Shown: positions 14,153-27,720, counted from the stretch's first letter. The stretch: 64,000 bases of DNA from the human T2T-CHM13v2.0 reference genome, Homo sapiens (GCF_009914755.1 NC_060947.1); one strand, 5' to 3'. A program made the numbers and translations. Notes: generated from the sequence alone by a model not told the origin.

Positions 14153-14542
14153 GCACTGATTTCCAAGCAGGAGGGAAAACAAACAAACAAACAATGATAT
14201 TCTGCCTTCAACAGACCCAGACACATCTAAGATGCAATGACACACATAGGCTAAAAATAAACGGATGGAGGTAAATCTACCAAGCAATTGGAAAACAGAA
14301 AAAAAGCAAGGGTTGCAATCCTAATTTCAGACAAAGCAGACAGTGAACCAACAAAGATTTAAAAAAGACAAAGAAGCGTATTATATAATGGTAAACGGTT
14401 CAATTCAACAAGAAGACCTCACTATTCTAAATATATATTCTCCCAACACAGGAACAGCCAGACTCATAAAGCAAGCTCTTAGATCCCTACAAAGAGACAT
14501 AGACTCCCATACAATAATACTGGGAGACTTCAACACTCCACT

Positions 14543-15393
14543 AGTGCAGTCATCTAGAGGAAAAACAACACTCTGGCTTTCTGGTTACAGTTCTTGCAGA
14601 GGCGCTTTCACATCTTTGTGGGCTGATGTTCTTTCAGTCTTTGAAGTTGCTTTGAAGTTGAATAGGTTTTTTGCTCTTACCCTATTTGATGAACTTGGGA
14701 AGTTTGATTGTAGTATAAGTTGGGTTCAGCCGACTGGCTTCAGCTCTGGAAGATTTTCATGGGCCAAGGCTCAGCTCACAACTCCTGGGCTGCGTTCTGT
14801 AACTCTAGGGAACTGGTATTGAACCCCAGCTTTGTTCTCTGGCTTCTCAAGGTTAGGAACCTGCTATGCTGGAGGGGCCAACGTGCTCCTGAACCACTGG
14901 TCACAACATTCCAATGGGTAGTGTCAGCTAAGGCACTTCATAAAGCAGTGGTACCAAGATTCGTCTTCATTTATATTTGCCAGCAGCAATGGCAGTGGCA
15001 GCACGACGGGGTGCACATTCATTGGCTGCAGCATGGTGCTAGCAGGTGCCATGGTACCGACCTCCGTGCGGACATTTGCAGCAGTGGTGGTGGCAGCACA
15101 GTTGGAGGAGTGCAGGAAGGCCCCTTGCCAATGACTGTGCATGCCTTCCTGCCAGTGGTGAGGATTAACATGGGGGCAGGGCACTGGTAGGCACAACATC
15201 AGACATGTGTGCGCTGTCTATGCATATTCATACAGGCAGTGGTGGCCACTCAGGGTGAGGGTTGCTTTGCTATTCTCCATGAATAATTTCACTCTGCAGG
15301 CAGTGTAGATGCAGGGGCAGGACACTGGCGGGGGTGGGGTGGGGGGGGGGTGGCCTCACAGGATCTGTGCCAGCTAGTGCTCCCAAGAGAATG
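14543..15393 (-). mobile_element. 5' region (5'UTR and ORF1 start) of the L1PA13-16-like element
   Basis: Reverse old-L1PA 5' motifs (acactctggcttt, ctttgaagttgct, ttcagccgactggcttc, ctggaagatttt), GC-richer than flanks, followed by the right TSD copy at 15394-15411. Confidence 0.75.
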
Positions 15394-15640
15394 GACAGAA
15401 ATAAATTTCTTATGAGTAATTTTTTAGGACTTGGGAGGGGGGTGTGCATGTTAAGAGGAAATTGGATGTAGAGAGATGAATCTTAAAGGGTATGGGGTTT
15501 TTTATTGGGTTAATCAAAATCTTTTGAAATTGGTTGTGGTGAGGGTTGCACAACTATGTAAGTATACAAGAAAAATTGAAGTGAATAATGTAAATGGGCA
15601 AAATTTACTTTATATTAATTACAACTAAATAAAGGCTTTA
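15394..15640 (+). mobile_element. L1MB-like 3' end, right part of the host element
   Basis: gggtatggggtttttta...tggtgagggttgcacaact...aaataaagg continues the 3'UTR interrupted at 10447. Confidence 0.8.
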
Positions 15641-15794
15641 TGAAAGATAAATAATATGAAATTTTTTAAAAACTATCTGAAGGCAGGAAGAAAAAAAAAA
15701 GCCACTAGACTAAGGCTACATTTGGAATGAAACTTAACGTTTACATTTGGATAGCATCTCATTTCTAGTATTTTAAAACATGGAAATAATTAGG

Positions 15795-17090
15795 TATTTA
15801 TTAATTCACTCAGTCAACCAACAAATATACTCTGAAGGCTTACATGGGCCCATGTGTTAGTCAGAGAGCCAAACATTAGCCTAAGTAAAAAAATCAAAAT
15901 TATAAATATGGTAGGAGCTATAATAAAGCATGATGCTATTAGAGCATGATCACTTGTTATAGATGCTGGGGATAGATCAAAATAGGTAAAAACCTCTGCC
16001 ATTGTGAGATTACAACCTAGTAGGGAAACAGAAGTAAAAAATGAATTAGTACCATATATAGTAGGTATGATGCTTATATTTTTATTTCAAAAAACAGAGG
16101 GGGGTTAAAGGATACGGGTCTTCATTTAAAATGGGATGCTTAGAGAAGGCTTTCCTGAGGAACAAGGATCTACAGAACATGAAGCAGCTAGCCATGATGT
16201 CTATGCTTCAGCATTCAAGCAGAAGAAAGGGTTAGTGCCAAAGAGCCTGAGAAGGCAGCATGCCTGACCAATTAGGAAAACCTCCCAGAAGCCAGTGTAG
16301 CTGAAGGAGGGAGCTTACAGTAAGATTATAATGAAAGTTTGAGGTCAGACAGCTAACAGTTTAAGGGGGGCAGATATTGTGGAGTGTCTAGACTACTCTA
16401 GTAATTTAATTTTGCTCTGAATGAGAAGGGAAGCCATTGGATCATTGGATAGTTTTCAGCAGAGAGCCATGACTTATTTTAGGATCACTCTGGCTGCTGT
16501 GTTGACAATATTCTGAGCCTGGGGAATGCAGGAAAAAAAAAATAAAAATAACAGAAAAAAATAACAGGCAGGCCTGTTAGGAGACGATTGGAGTAATCCA
16601 GGATGGAGAGGATAGTGACCTGTATTCGAGTGATAGCACTTGGCAGTTCAGGTAGACTAAGTAATATGGTTTGAAGATGGAGCCAACAGCATTTGTTATA
16701 TTGTGATACCGAGGAGGCAAGAATGAATTTAAGTTTTGGGCTTAAGCATCTAGAAGGATGAGGTTGGCATTTGCAGATATAGACATGTCTGTAGTTACAT
16801 TTCATTGAAAAAGCAAGAGTTTGGGTTTGGACATGTGAATTTTGAACTGGTTATTAAACATCCAAGTAGTGAGGTGTAACTGGAGGCAATAAAATATGTA
16901 ATTCTGGAGTACAGCAGAAGGTCCAAGCTGAGTATATAAATTTGGGAGTTCTCAGTGTAGATATGATATTTAAATCCACGTGATTCAACGGTTTCATCAA
17001 CAGTGGTAAGAGAAAGTTTTGAGGACTGAACCTCATGGTTAATAAATCAGCAAACTAAGGAGGAATGGCTAAGAAGAATGAGGAGTAGTT
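15795..17090 (-). mobile_element. L2a element, long fragment
   Basis: Reverse L2 motifs gagaaggctttcctgagga, gggaagccattgg, ggatcactctggctgctgtg, tttggacatgtgaattttga, atataaatttgggagt. Confidence 0.85.
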
Positions 17091-17615
17091 ATAGAATATT
17101 CACAAGTGCATTTGATCCAATCAAGGTATATGCAAACATTTAATTCCATTATTTCTTGCTATGTTTAGAGTAGTGAAAAATAAGAAACAATCGCAAAGTC
17201 CAACAGCAATAAATCCTCATAGATTCACTTAATAGAATATAACACAATGATTTAAAGTGTAGAAAATGACATGTTTTATTGACAGGGTAAATGTTTATTG
17301 CATATTACTGAAAGGGCAAAAACCAGAAGAATGCAGGGCGATGAGACTATAGCCTATGTGGAGTGGTGTAGTTCTGAGGAAATTATGCAGAATCTCAAAT
17401 GCTAGGCTAAGTAGTTTAGGAAAGATCTCATTTAATACAACAGTTATTCAAGGTAGTTACTATTCTTCCTATTTTCACAATGAGCCATTTGAGGCGCAGA
17501 CATCTTTTAAGGTAACCTCACTAAATTTCCAGCACAGTTTAATGGGTGAAGGATATATGCTTCTCTGTAACAAGTTCAGAGTGTTAAAAGTAAGAATGTG
17601 ACCTCGGCTTGGTCT

Positions 17616-17681
17616 TATGGTTGATATGAACTTATTTCAATCCCTATATGGTTGATATGAACTTATTTCAATCCCTATATG
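17616..17681. repeat. Perfect 31-bp tandem duplication
   Basis: tatggttgatatgaacttatttcaatcccta x2 followed by tatg. Confidence 0.95.
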
Positions 17682-18207
17682 ACAGTTTTGCAATATCACA
17701 CAGAGATCGTTTGATCACAAGCCTCTACTGAAGTGAAGATTAACATCATTAGGATAAGTTCAATCATTATAGCAGGTGGACTTGACTCTGAATATCAGTT
17801 CTCAAACCGTAGAGATCTGGTAGAAGAGTAGGTGGGAATATATTTCATCCTTAGGGGTTCTAGCTCATGTCAGGATTCAGAAATAAGCAGCTGATGAGTG
17901 TCGAGTCCTGAACAGAACCATCATTTTCTCCTGGATAGTTCAGGGAGCTCTGAGATAACTGACTCTTGTCCTGTTGTCTTCCATCAGACCTAGAAGAAAA
18001 CAAAAGTTCCCTATCAGAATTCAAGCTCCACAAGGGTAGGACAGTTTGGTGTTGTTTATAGCTGCATCCCCTTTTCTAAAACAGCACCTACTGTTGTAAC
18101 ACAGTAAGCTCCTAATAAATATTTGGAAACACAGCAGTATCCTTGGGATCCTGAAAAAAAAAAAAAAAAAAAAGGCAGAAGGCCAGGCAGTGTTTGTCCT
18201 TCTAGGC

Positions 18208-18400
18208 CAGTGGTTTTTGCCTCTGACTGCTTATTAAAAACACCTGAAAATCATTTAAAATTCAAATCTTTTAAAATTAGAGCTGCCTGGGGAGCACTCT
18301 CCAAAGATTCCAATTTAGTTTAAATGGTATAGGTTACAGGTATTGGTGTTTTTAAAATCTCCCCAGAAGTTTGCAATGTGTACCCAGAATGAAGAACAGT
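18208..18400. mobile_element. MER5A-like hAT-Charlie MITE
   Basis: cagtggttttt...cacctg...ggtgtttttaaaatctccccag...aatgtgtacccagaatgaagaac. Confidence 0.7.
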
Positions 18401-20039
18401 TAGTTTAAGCAGTCACCACTCAGGCTGTTCAAAGGACTAAGATGCCAATTTTAATTCTCAGCACTTGGGCTTTCTGATGGTTTCTGGGATTAGAAGCTGT
18501 TGCCTCCTTGGATGAGCTCTGGTTTCAGACCTATGTCTGATCCTGAGCATCTGTTGGGGCTTTTGGTCTCAGAAGCCCAGCTGAGACTCACCCTGAAGGG
18601 CCAGAAGAAAAGGAATCATCCTACTTTGGGGACTTAGGTAGGTGAGCAGATTTGAGGGGCTTTGAGGGTACAGTGGCCTGAACTTGCAACCAGTGAGGAC
18701 CAGCATGACAATAACAGTCATCCTCATTTGTGAGAAGAGGAGGGATTCAGAGTCCAAAAACCCAGCCAGGGCCTCACATCTCTTTTTTATGTATTGACGG
18801 TCTCTTTGCTAGGGAAAGGAAAAATATGCATTATTTTCATACCACATAAATTATTATGATTACAGGACTGGATAATGCAGCATCTAATCAGAAATCGCTT
18901 CTCATACAAAAAATGCTCCAGAATGTTACACACGTAACTTAAACTACAATTTACAGGGATGTGTCAGGTCACATTTCTACTTTCCATACCAAAGAAGATA
19001 TATTATCTCACGAATGTAGAATAGGTTATGCAGTGAAGCCTTCCAAAAGTCACTTCTGACATTGCAGTCCAATTCTCACCCTTATTTCCTCAGAAGACTA
19101 TCACAGGCTTAATCTACAGATAAACATTTAGCACTTTATCTTACTGTTTTTACACTTCAGAATTGGGTAGAAAACCCCTCTGGTATTTTTTTTTTCTTAT
19201 GGATTATTCCTTTAAAGTGCCCTCGAAGTGTTTCTTGACAAGTGGTTTGTTGTGAAGTGACATATTTTCCCTTTGAAGTAAGGATATAATAGGAAAAAAT
19301 AACACGTATAAGACTTTGTGGGGATTTTACTCATTGTAACAGTAGATGAGTGTATTCAGAAGTAGAAAAATGGTTAAAGAATTATCCTTTTGAAACAAAA
19401 AGAGGACAGGCCTCTACATTGAGGTGAGACAGACATGGTTTTCTGCCCCATTGTGCATCTTAAAATACAGTTTTTGCAAATTAGACCTTCAGTCACTTCT
19501 TTACATCTGCAACATGAAATCCATAAGCTTGGTAATTCTGAACACAATTTGAGGCAATTATAGCCAAAATGAGCTAATTAAATTTGCACAATAACATTGC
19601 CCTAGAAAGGCATCAGGCTGAGGCTGATTATTTAATCAAAAATGGAATAGGAACATGCCATTTACTTGAATTTTACTTGTACCATGCAGTACATTATATT
19701 GAATGGGAACAGCTGTTTTTAATGATATTAATTTGGTCAGAAAGGATCAAATATTATTCAAATAAATATAAAAGAGAACTACTCATCAGTAGCATGCTGT
19801 GTCTGAATGAAAAAATTTAAATATGAAGTTGAGTAATTTGTGTCAGAAAGCACTGTCACTCTAGGCTGCTTATATAATTGGCATATGTCCCAGGAAAACC
19901 ACAAGCTGTTATTTTTAGGAGACCATGGCATCGCAAAGCATTAGTAAGGGCAAATTTGAAGCTGATATATCCCAAAGGAAAAGATTAACGCCCCCCCCCC
20001 CAACCCCACCAAGTAATAGCAGACTGATTAGGTTCATGT

Positions 20040-20800
20040 TATCACCTGGAAAGATGTGCTCTATATTGATTTCAGTAGGGCTTTCAATAATGTTTCACGG
20101 GATTTTCTCATTAATAAAAATATATGATAATAACAAAACTAGTTTGATTTAAAACAAGGAATAGGTTATTGGGGTTTTGGAGTTAATTCTGGTGGATATG
20201 CAATATAGTAATAGTAACCATGAGGAGTGGCCCTACATAGCAATTAGCATCCTTATTGACCCTCACTATAAAGAACTTGAGGTTATGCTCAGCAGGTTTT
20301 AAGATAGCAGCAAGTTATTCAGAGATTTTAACACCGTAGAAGGCATAAATGCAATTTTAAATGATCATGATAAAGTGTTTAAAATGAGTCTAAATAGAAT
20401 AAAATTTGGTTAGGGTATGTACAAAGTGGCCTGCAACTGAAGTAAAAAAAAAAAAAATTCAGGTTGGAACTGAATGCTCATCAAAAACATTTCTAGTCTG
20501 AATCAACAGTCAATGTGACATTGAGAATAGCAAAAGGCAAACACAATGACTAAGAAGAAACGCCCTGCCTTATTCTGAAGAGTATGAGCATATTAGATTG
20601 ATTAGGGTCATTGACCTTTGCAAAGGAGATAAGAACCCTAGAGAGAAGGTCTAGAACAGAATAACATTAATTAAAAAAAAAAAACAGAAAATAGGTCTGA
20701 TGAGACACGCTAAAAGATGTGTGATTTTAAAGATGAGATTGTTAAGGGAGGATGCAGTTAATATTTTTCAAATATATGATGAATGTTTTATTATGGTGAT
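20040..20800 (+). mobile_element. L3/CR1 LINE fragment (RT region), highly decayed
   Basis: gatttcagtagggctttcaataatgtttcacgggat resembles CR1 DFSKAFDKV. Also atgctcagcaggttttaagatagcagcaag and taagggaggatgcagttaatatttttcaaatat. Confidence 0.55.
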
Positions 20801-21217
20801 TATTCAATTTCCATATTATCTGAATAATTTTACATTATTCATTTTTAAACTTAGGAGACACATATTTTTGCTTTTTAGCATAGTTTGGTAATCGATATTT
20901 AATAATGATTACCAGCTACTGTATGTTTGGAACTAAAAACAGAAATAGGACTTCTTATGTAAAATCAATTTCCTATACTCCATGATCCCTTCCCTTTCAC
21001 CCTCAAACATATTTGGTGCTTCTCATCTTTAAAAAAAATACCCAGAAAAAGCGTTACATGGCCCTCATTATTAATCATTTCCTTTTCAAACTCCTTTAGT
21101 ACTTAGTAGCTAAACATTACATGAATGCATTGCTTTGTCTTATTTTTCTGCCTCCCGCAGATAATTTAACGCTTGATTATATCAAGATATAGCACTATTT
21201 TTCATAAGAGACTCTTG

Positions 21218-21470
21218 TTCATTAATTTATTCAACAAGACTTTTTTTGCCTCTTAGTATGTGCCAAATATTGTGCTGGCACTGGCAATACAAACAAGAGC
21301 AAGACAAACACAGCCCCATATATAATCTTGGACAAGAGTGACACAGGCTCTTCACAATCTAGTGGTTTAAATACGCAATACTCAAATACCACACAAATAC
21401 ATATACAAGTGCAATGCCTCAAAGTACTGTGAAGTTCTCTGAGACCACAAAACAGATTACCTAACCTAAG
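21218..21470 (-). mobile_element. L2 3' end
   Basis: ttcattaatttattcaacaa...tatgtgccaaatattgtgctggcactgg. Confidence 0.7.
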
Positions 21471-21699
21471 TAATTTTTTCTTTCTGTAGCGTTTCTTAGG
21501 TTAACTAGATTGTGAGTTTTTAAAGGAAAATTTGCATAAGCTTGTTTTATAAACCCATCATACTTATCACAGTTATAAATACATTGGCATATAATAAATA
21601 CTTATTGATTTAATATTTTATGAAACTGATATGTTTGGTTATGACACATCAAAATAATAATTATGTGGTAGATACCTTCAACCTGTGAACTCCATATTT

Positions 21700-22073
<374 letters not shown>

Positions 22074-22702
22074 TGATTTGTATGTACTGTAGGAATTATA
22101 CACAATAGCCAGTCTCTTAGTGAGCAAGACTAGTGGGCCAGCTAACATATATATTCCTAACTAGTGTTGCTAGTGTTGCTGCTCTCATGCCATTATCCAT
22201 ATGATTAATCACTTTCAGTGAGTAAAGAAAAGAAAAAACACATCCTTTCCTTGTGTAAAGTGGATGGCTGCCATTCCTGTGGAAAGGCCGAAACCCACAA
22301 GTTTTTCTGCAAATTCCAGTAACAGGTTATAATTTCATTGTCTTTCGACTCTGATTCCTGCTTCTACTTAATACTTGTCTTCTATTCTGAATTTTTCAAC
22401 CTTTATCTCCATCGAAATTGACTCAAACATTAGCTCTCGGATATACTCTTCCAAATTAACCACTGACACAGGACTGTTGTATGCAGAACATTTAATGACT
22501 GTTGGCATATAACAAAGAAAGGGTTACATTGTTTCAACAAACAAGAAACAACTTGCTATTTCAAATTAGATGTTGTGATTATTAAAAGACTTTTTGGACA
22601 TTCAGCCATGGGGTATTCCTGACAGATCACATTACTTCAGAGCTCTCATCAATTTATTGGTTTTCCTCTCACGCCTTAATTCTTTTTCTCACAAAGTTGG
22701 AG

Positions 22703-23053
22703 AAGTCTATTAGGCTATTATTAAAAAATAACCATAAACTTTGTAGCTTATGAAAAACAGAAATTTATGCCTCACAATTCTGGAGGCTGGGAAGTCCAAC
22801 AGCAATGGAGATTCAGTGTCTGGTGAGGGTTCACTTGCTGGTTCATAGATAGTGTCTTTTTGCTGTTTTCTCATATGGCAGAAGAGGCAAGGCAACACTC
22901 TAGGCCTCTTTATAAGGGCACAGATCCCATTCATGAGGGGTCCACCCTCCTAACCTAATTACCTCCCAAAGACCTTACCTCCTAATTCAATCTCACTGTT
23001 GATTAAGTTTCAACATACGGATTTTAGGGGAGCACACACATTCAGGCCATAGC
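22703..23053 (-). mobile_element. MLT1A0-like MaLR solo LTR
   Basis: cacaattctggaggctgggaagtcc...cccattcatgagggg...acattcaggccatagca. Confidence 0.85.
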
Positions 23054-23343
23054 AGCTGTGAAATTCAGCTTTCTGATAATCCAAAAACCAAACTGAGTTC
23101 TTGGCCTACCTGAATATGTATAAAATGTGTCAACACTCTTAGCTGAACACAAAAAATATATCTTTAGTTGAGAGTCATTACTTTAACAGGATCTATCCTC
23201 CCTATTAGGTAGCAGTAATTTTAAGTAGTTATGTTTTTTTCTTCCTTCACATTTACAGTGGGGATGAGGGATGACAGAAATTTCTGGGAGAAAGTCAAAA
23301 TGCCAGTGCTAGAGAAGAAAGGCAAAAAGACTTTGAATAATTA

Positions 23344-23779
23344 TGTTTCTTAATCTGTTTCCTATTTAGTTGTTTGCTGCTGTAACTGAATATTTGAGAC
23401 TGGGTAGTTTACAAAGAAAATACATTTATTTCTTACAGTTCTGGAGGCTGTGAAGTCTGAGGTCAATGGCCCACATCTGGTGAAGGCCTGCTCGCTAGTG
23501 AGGACTCTCTGGAGAGTTCCAAATTGGCACATAGCATCATATGGTAAGAGGGTTTGAAAGAGAGAGACAAAGTGCCTTTCTATATCACACTCATTCTTGT
23601 GATAACTTGCTCACTCTTGTGATAACTCATTAATCCATGAATAGATTAATCCATTCAAGAGGGAAGAGCAGAGTTCTCATGACCCAATTACTTTTTAAAG
23701 TGCTCATCTCTTAATACTGTTACAATGGAAACTGAGTTTCAAGATGAGTTGGGAGGGGGCAAACATTTAAGCCTTAGAA
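23344..23779 (-). mobile_element. MSTC/MSTD-like MaLR solo LTR
   Basis: ttacagttctggaggctgtgaagtc...cacatctggtgaaggcc...cttaatactgttacaatgg...caaacatttaagcc. Confidence 0.75.
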
Positions 23780-24940
23780 ATCTTAAGAAGAAGGAATGAT
23801 TTTTAAGTTAAGGAATGAAATATCAAACTTGTTTTTGGCTCACATTTGTCACATAGTGTCTACAGTATATTCTATACAGAATAAAGAAAAAAGCAGTTGT
23901 GAAAATTTTTCATCAAATGTTCAGTTCAGTGCAGAAACTGACTTCAGTTTTGTATATACTAAATATTTTAGTCTGAAGGAATCAGTTATATTTTTCATCT
24001 GTTTGCTACTGCGTTTTGTGGGGGATATTATATCATACTGGAATTTATGTTTTGAGATTCAAAAATATCTCAGGATATACTCTTAAGAATGCCAAGAGGT
24101 TATTGTAATATATCTTTTATTTTCAGGAAATTAGCTTGCAACTGGGATTTTATTCATTTACACTCATTTATTTACTATTTGTTATTTGCCAAGCATCATG
24201 AAATAGTTAATGTATTTTACCAAAGTCAAAAAATATTTACTCCTTGCTGACTACGTGACACTTACAAATTATTTCTCTTCTGTGTCCCAGTTTCTTCACT
24301 TTAAAAGCTTTTGCTTTTAAAAAAGACAGTGCCATGTTCGCTGTCTGATTTAAATATATATATATATATATATATGCATATATTTAGAGTATTTCAAGCA
24401 GAGTTAATTGCTGCCATTTATATCTGTACAAACGGAAAGGAATTTTGCATCAACACAAAAGAAAGAAAAGAAGAAACAACAGACCAAGTTTTACTAATTT
24501 TTTAAAAGTGTAAACTTTCATAATATATAAGCTCTTCAAATACTAAAGTCTTAGCAAATTTTACAAATGATATTTAAAACCATCTAGAACTTCTAAATTA
24601 TAATAAGCTACAATAAACTATTTTAGTTATTGTAATTGCAATTTTTTCTTTTTAATATAAATGACACCGTTAGATAGTAGGCAATAATGAAGAAACAGCA
24701 ATGTAGGGAGAAGTGTATGAATTTACGATACAAACAAAAATCTTATAAGAATCATGGTGATTCACTGCCTTTATGAACTTGTGATATAAATTTAGGCTTC
24801 ATTTTTTTCAGTTCCATTATCTGTGAAATGAGAATGATACTTATAATGTTGCTGTAGCGATTACATTAAGTTTCCTCATTGCTGATTAAGTTTGAATAAG
24901 GTCAGTAGAATATCCTATCAATGTTAATTTTCTGGTTTTC

Positions 24941-26590
24941 CTTTTTAAATTTATATGTTTATTAATTATTATTATTACTACAATAGTTTTTGGGAAACAG
25001 GTGGTGTTTGGTTACAACCAAATATTATCTTCTAGAACTTTTATATTTTCAGGTCTTAGAAGTCTCTGATGGATCTTGAGTTGATTTTTATATAAGGTGA
25101 GAGATGAGGATCCACTTTCATTCTTCTACATGTGGCTTGCTAATTATCCCAGCACCATTTGTTGAATATGTTCTTTCCTGACTTTGTTTTTGTTTACTTT
25201 GTCAAAGATCAGTGGGCTGTAAGTATTTAGTTTTATTTCATGGTTCTCTATTCTTTTCTATTGGTATACATACCTGTTTTTATACCAGTACCATGTTGTT
25301 TTGGTAACTATAGCCTTATAGTGTAGTTTGAAGTCGGGTAATGCGATGCCTCCAGATATGTTTGTTCCTTTTGCTTAATCTTCCTTTGGCTATGCAGGCT
25401 CTTTTTTTGTTCCGTATGAATTTTAGGTTTGCTTTTTCTAGTTCTGTGAAGAATGATGATGGTATTTTGATGGGATTTGTATAGAATTTATAGATTGATT
25501 TTGGCAGTATGCTCATTTCCACAATATTGATTCTATCCATCCATGAGCCTGGGATGTGTTTCCATTTGTTTGTGTCATCTATGATTTCTTTCAGCATTGT
25601 TTTGTAGTTTTCCTTGTAAAGATATTTCACCTCTTTGGTTAGGTATATTCCTAAGTATTTTTTTTTTTTTTTGCAGTTGTCCTCAAAGGGGTTGAGTTCT
25701 TGATTTGACTCTCAGCTTGATTGCTGTTGGTGTATAGCAGTGCTACTGATTTGTGTACATTGATTTTGTATTCTGAAACTTTACTGAATTCATTTATCAC
25801 ATCTAGGAACTTTTTGGATGAAGTCTTTAGGATTTTCTAGGTATACAATCATATCATTGGTAAACCACAACAGTTTGACTTATTCTTTACTGCTTTGGAT
25901 GCCCTTTATCTCTTTCTCTTGTCCGATTGCTCTGCCTAGGACTCCCAGTACTAAGTTGAACAGAAGTGGTGAAAGTGGGCGTCCTTGTCTTTTTCCAGTT
26001 TTCAGGGGAAATGCTTTCAACATTTCCCCATTCAGTATAATGTTGGCTATGGGTTTGCCATAGATAGCTTTTATTACTTTAAGGTATGTCCCTTCTATGT
26101 TGATTTTGCTGAGGGTTTTAATCATAAGTTGATGCTGGATTTTGTCAGATGTTTTTTCTGCGTCTATTGAAATGATCATATGATTTTTCTTTTTCTTCTG
26201 CTTATGTGGTGCATCACATTTATTGACTTGCATAAGTTAAACCAACCCTGCATTCCTGGCATGAAACCCACTTGATCATGATTTATCATCTTTTTGATAT
26301 GCTGTTTGATTCAGTTAGCTAGTATTTGGTTGAGATTTTTGCATCTATGTTCATCAGGGATATTGGTCTGTAGTTTTCTTTTTTTGTGATGTCCTTTCCT
26401 GGTTTTGGTATTAGGGTGATATTGGCTTAACAGAATGATTTAAGGAGGATTCTCACTTCCTCTGTCTTTTGGAATAGTTTCAGTAGTATTAATATCAATT
26501 CTTCTATGAATGCCTGATAGTATTAAGCTGTGGATCCCTCTGTTCCTGGACTTTTGTATTGGCAATTTTGTTTCTATAACTGTTTCAATC
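24941..26590 (-). mobile_element. L1PB-like element, 3' terminus joined to ORF2 by an internal deletion
   Basis: caatagtttttgggaaacaggtggtgtttggttaca is the L1PB 3' end. ORF2 pieces 25316-25630 ([24 protein letters not shown]) and 25880-26233 ([17 protein letters not shown]). Confidence 0.9.
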
Positions 26591-26639
26591 ACACAGGACC
26601 TATAAAATAGTAACACAATTAAAAAGAACCAAGGATAGA

Positions 26640-26976
26640 TCAGAATATAGCATAGGCATTAAATGATATTAGGGAATTATTATTAATTTTATCAGGTGAT
26701 TTCATGGTGTTTGGTTATATAGGAAGATGTCTTCAATTTTAGGTATGTGTGCTGAAATATACAGGGCCTAAGTGTCATAAATAAATATGCAATTTATTTT
26801 AAAATGGATCAAAATCCATAGTATATATGTATTCATATAATGCACACAAACACTTATAGTGCAGATATAGCAAACTGATAGTAGTTGTCTAGGTGATGGG
26901 CGTATGAATGTTTACTCTACTAGTCTTATAACATTTCTGTTGGTTTGGAGATTTTAATTACAAAATGGTAAAAAGT
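26640..26976 (+). mobile_element. L1MC/L1ME-like 3'UTR fragment
   Basis: atgatattagggaattattattaatttt...tctaggtgatgggcgtatgaatgtttac...tttctgttggtttggagatttt. Confidence 0.65.
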
Positions 26977-27099
26977 TTAGACACTTCCCTTCAATGTTCA
27001 TTCTATTTTTATTCAATTACGCATATCTTACTGCCACAATATCTGGTTCCCACAGCTTGAGTGTAGTAACCAGAACATAAATGATTCCATTATTATACC

Positions 27100-27720
27100 C
27101 TCTGACCTACTGAATATCATCTGCCACTTTGACTGATCCCTTGGCTATCTGTTTATCAGGGCTTGATCAATTCAACCAAGTGAAATTTACAAACATTAGA
27201 GCAATTCCATCATAAACCATCTTGATAATTTTTATAATGTTCATATACCTGTACAGTATATGACCAGGTTATATGAATCTATTTTTTTTTCTGGATTCTG
27301 TCTATGCATGACTAGATTTAATCATATTTATTACCTTGAGGAGTTTTGTAATGGAATTCCTTAGAAGATAAGTAGAAAAATTTTGAAATCATTTCAACTT
27401 ACATAAAGGATCTCTAGTGAAGGAATCTCCCATGATAAATCTATTTCATTCAGAAAGTTCATCAATTCATTAGCCTAAATCTGTCTTACTTCTTCTCATT
27501 TTACTATTGATATAACAGAATAAAATACTTTTTTTCTTCCTTACAATTCAGCCTGTGTGGGAGAACTGTTATGAAACCCCTCTTCTCTTCTGTGATTAAG
27601 AATCTCATTTATTTAATCTTTGAAAAAGCTAATAATTTCCAGATCCTTAATACATTTTATTGTGAATTTTTCTAGCTCCAGTGTGCTTTTCTCATCCTTT
27701 TTTTCTGAATAAATTTAATA
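27100..27720 (-). mobile_element. Probable L3/CR1 fragments
   Basis: Degenerate reverse CR1-like text (tcatctgcc, aaatttacaaacat, cccctcttctcttctg...aagaatctcatttatttaatc). Confidence 0.4.

Larger units (their letters stand above)
13104..14542 (+). mobile_element. Inverted ORF2 endonuclease segment of the same old L1, interrupted by a younger L1
   Basis: atgataggatcaaatccacatatatcaacactaaccttgaatgtaaatgggc is the ORF2 start ([19 protein letters not shown]). ORF 14343.. gives IQQEDLTILNIYSPNTG...TIILGDFNTPL. Confidence 0.9.
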
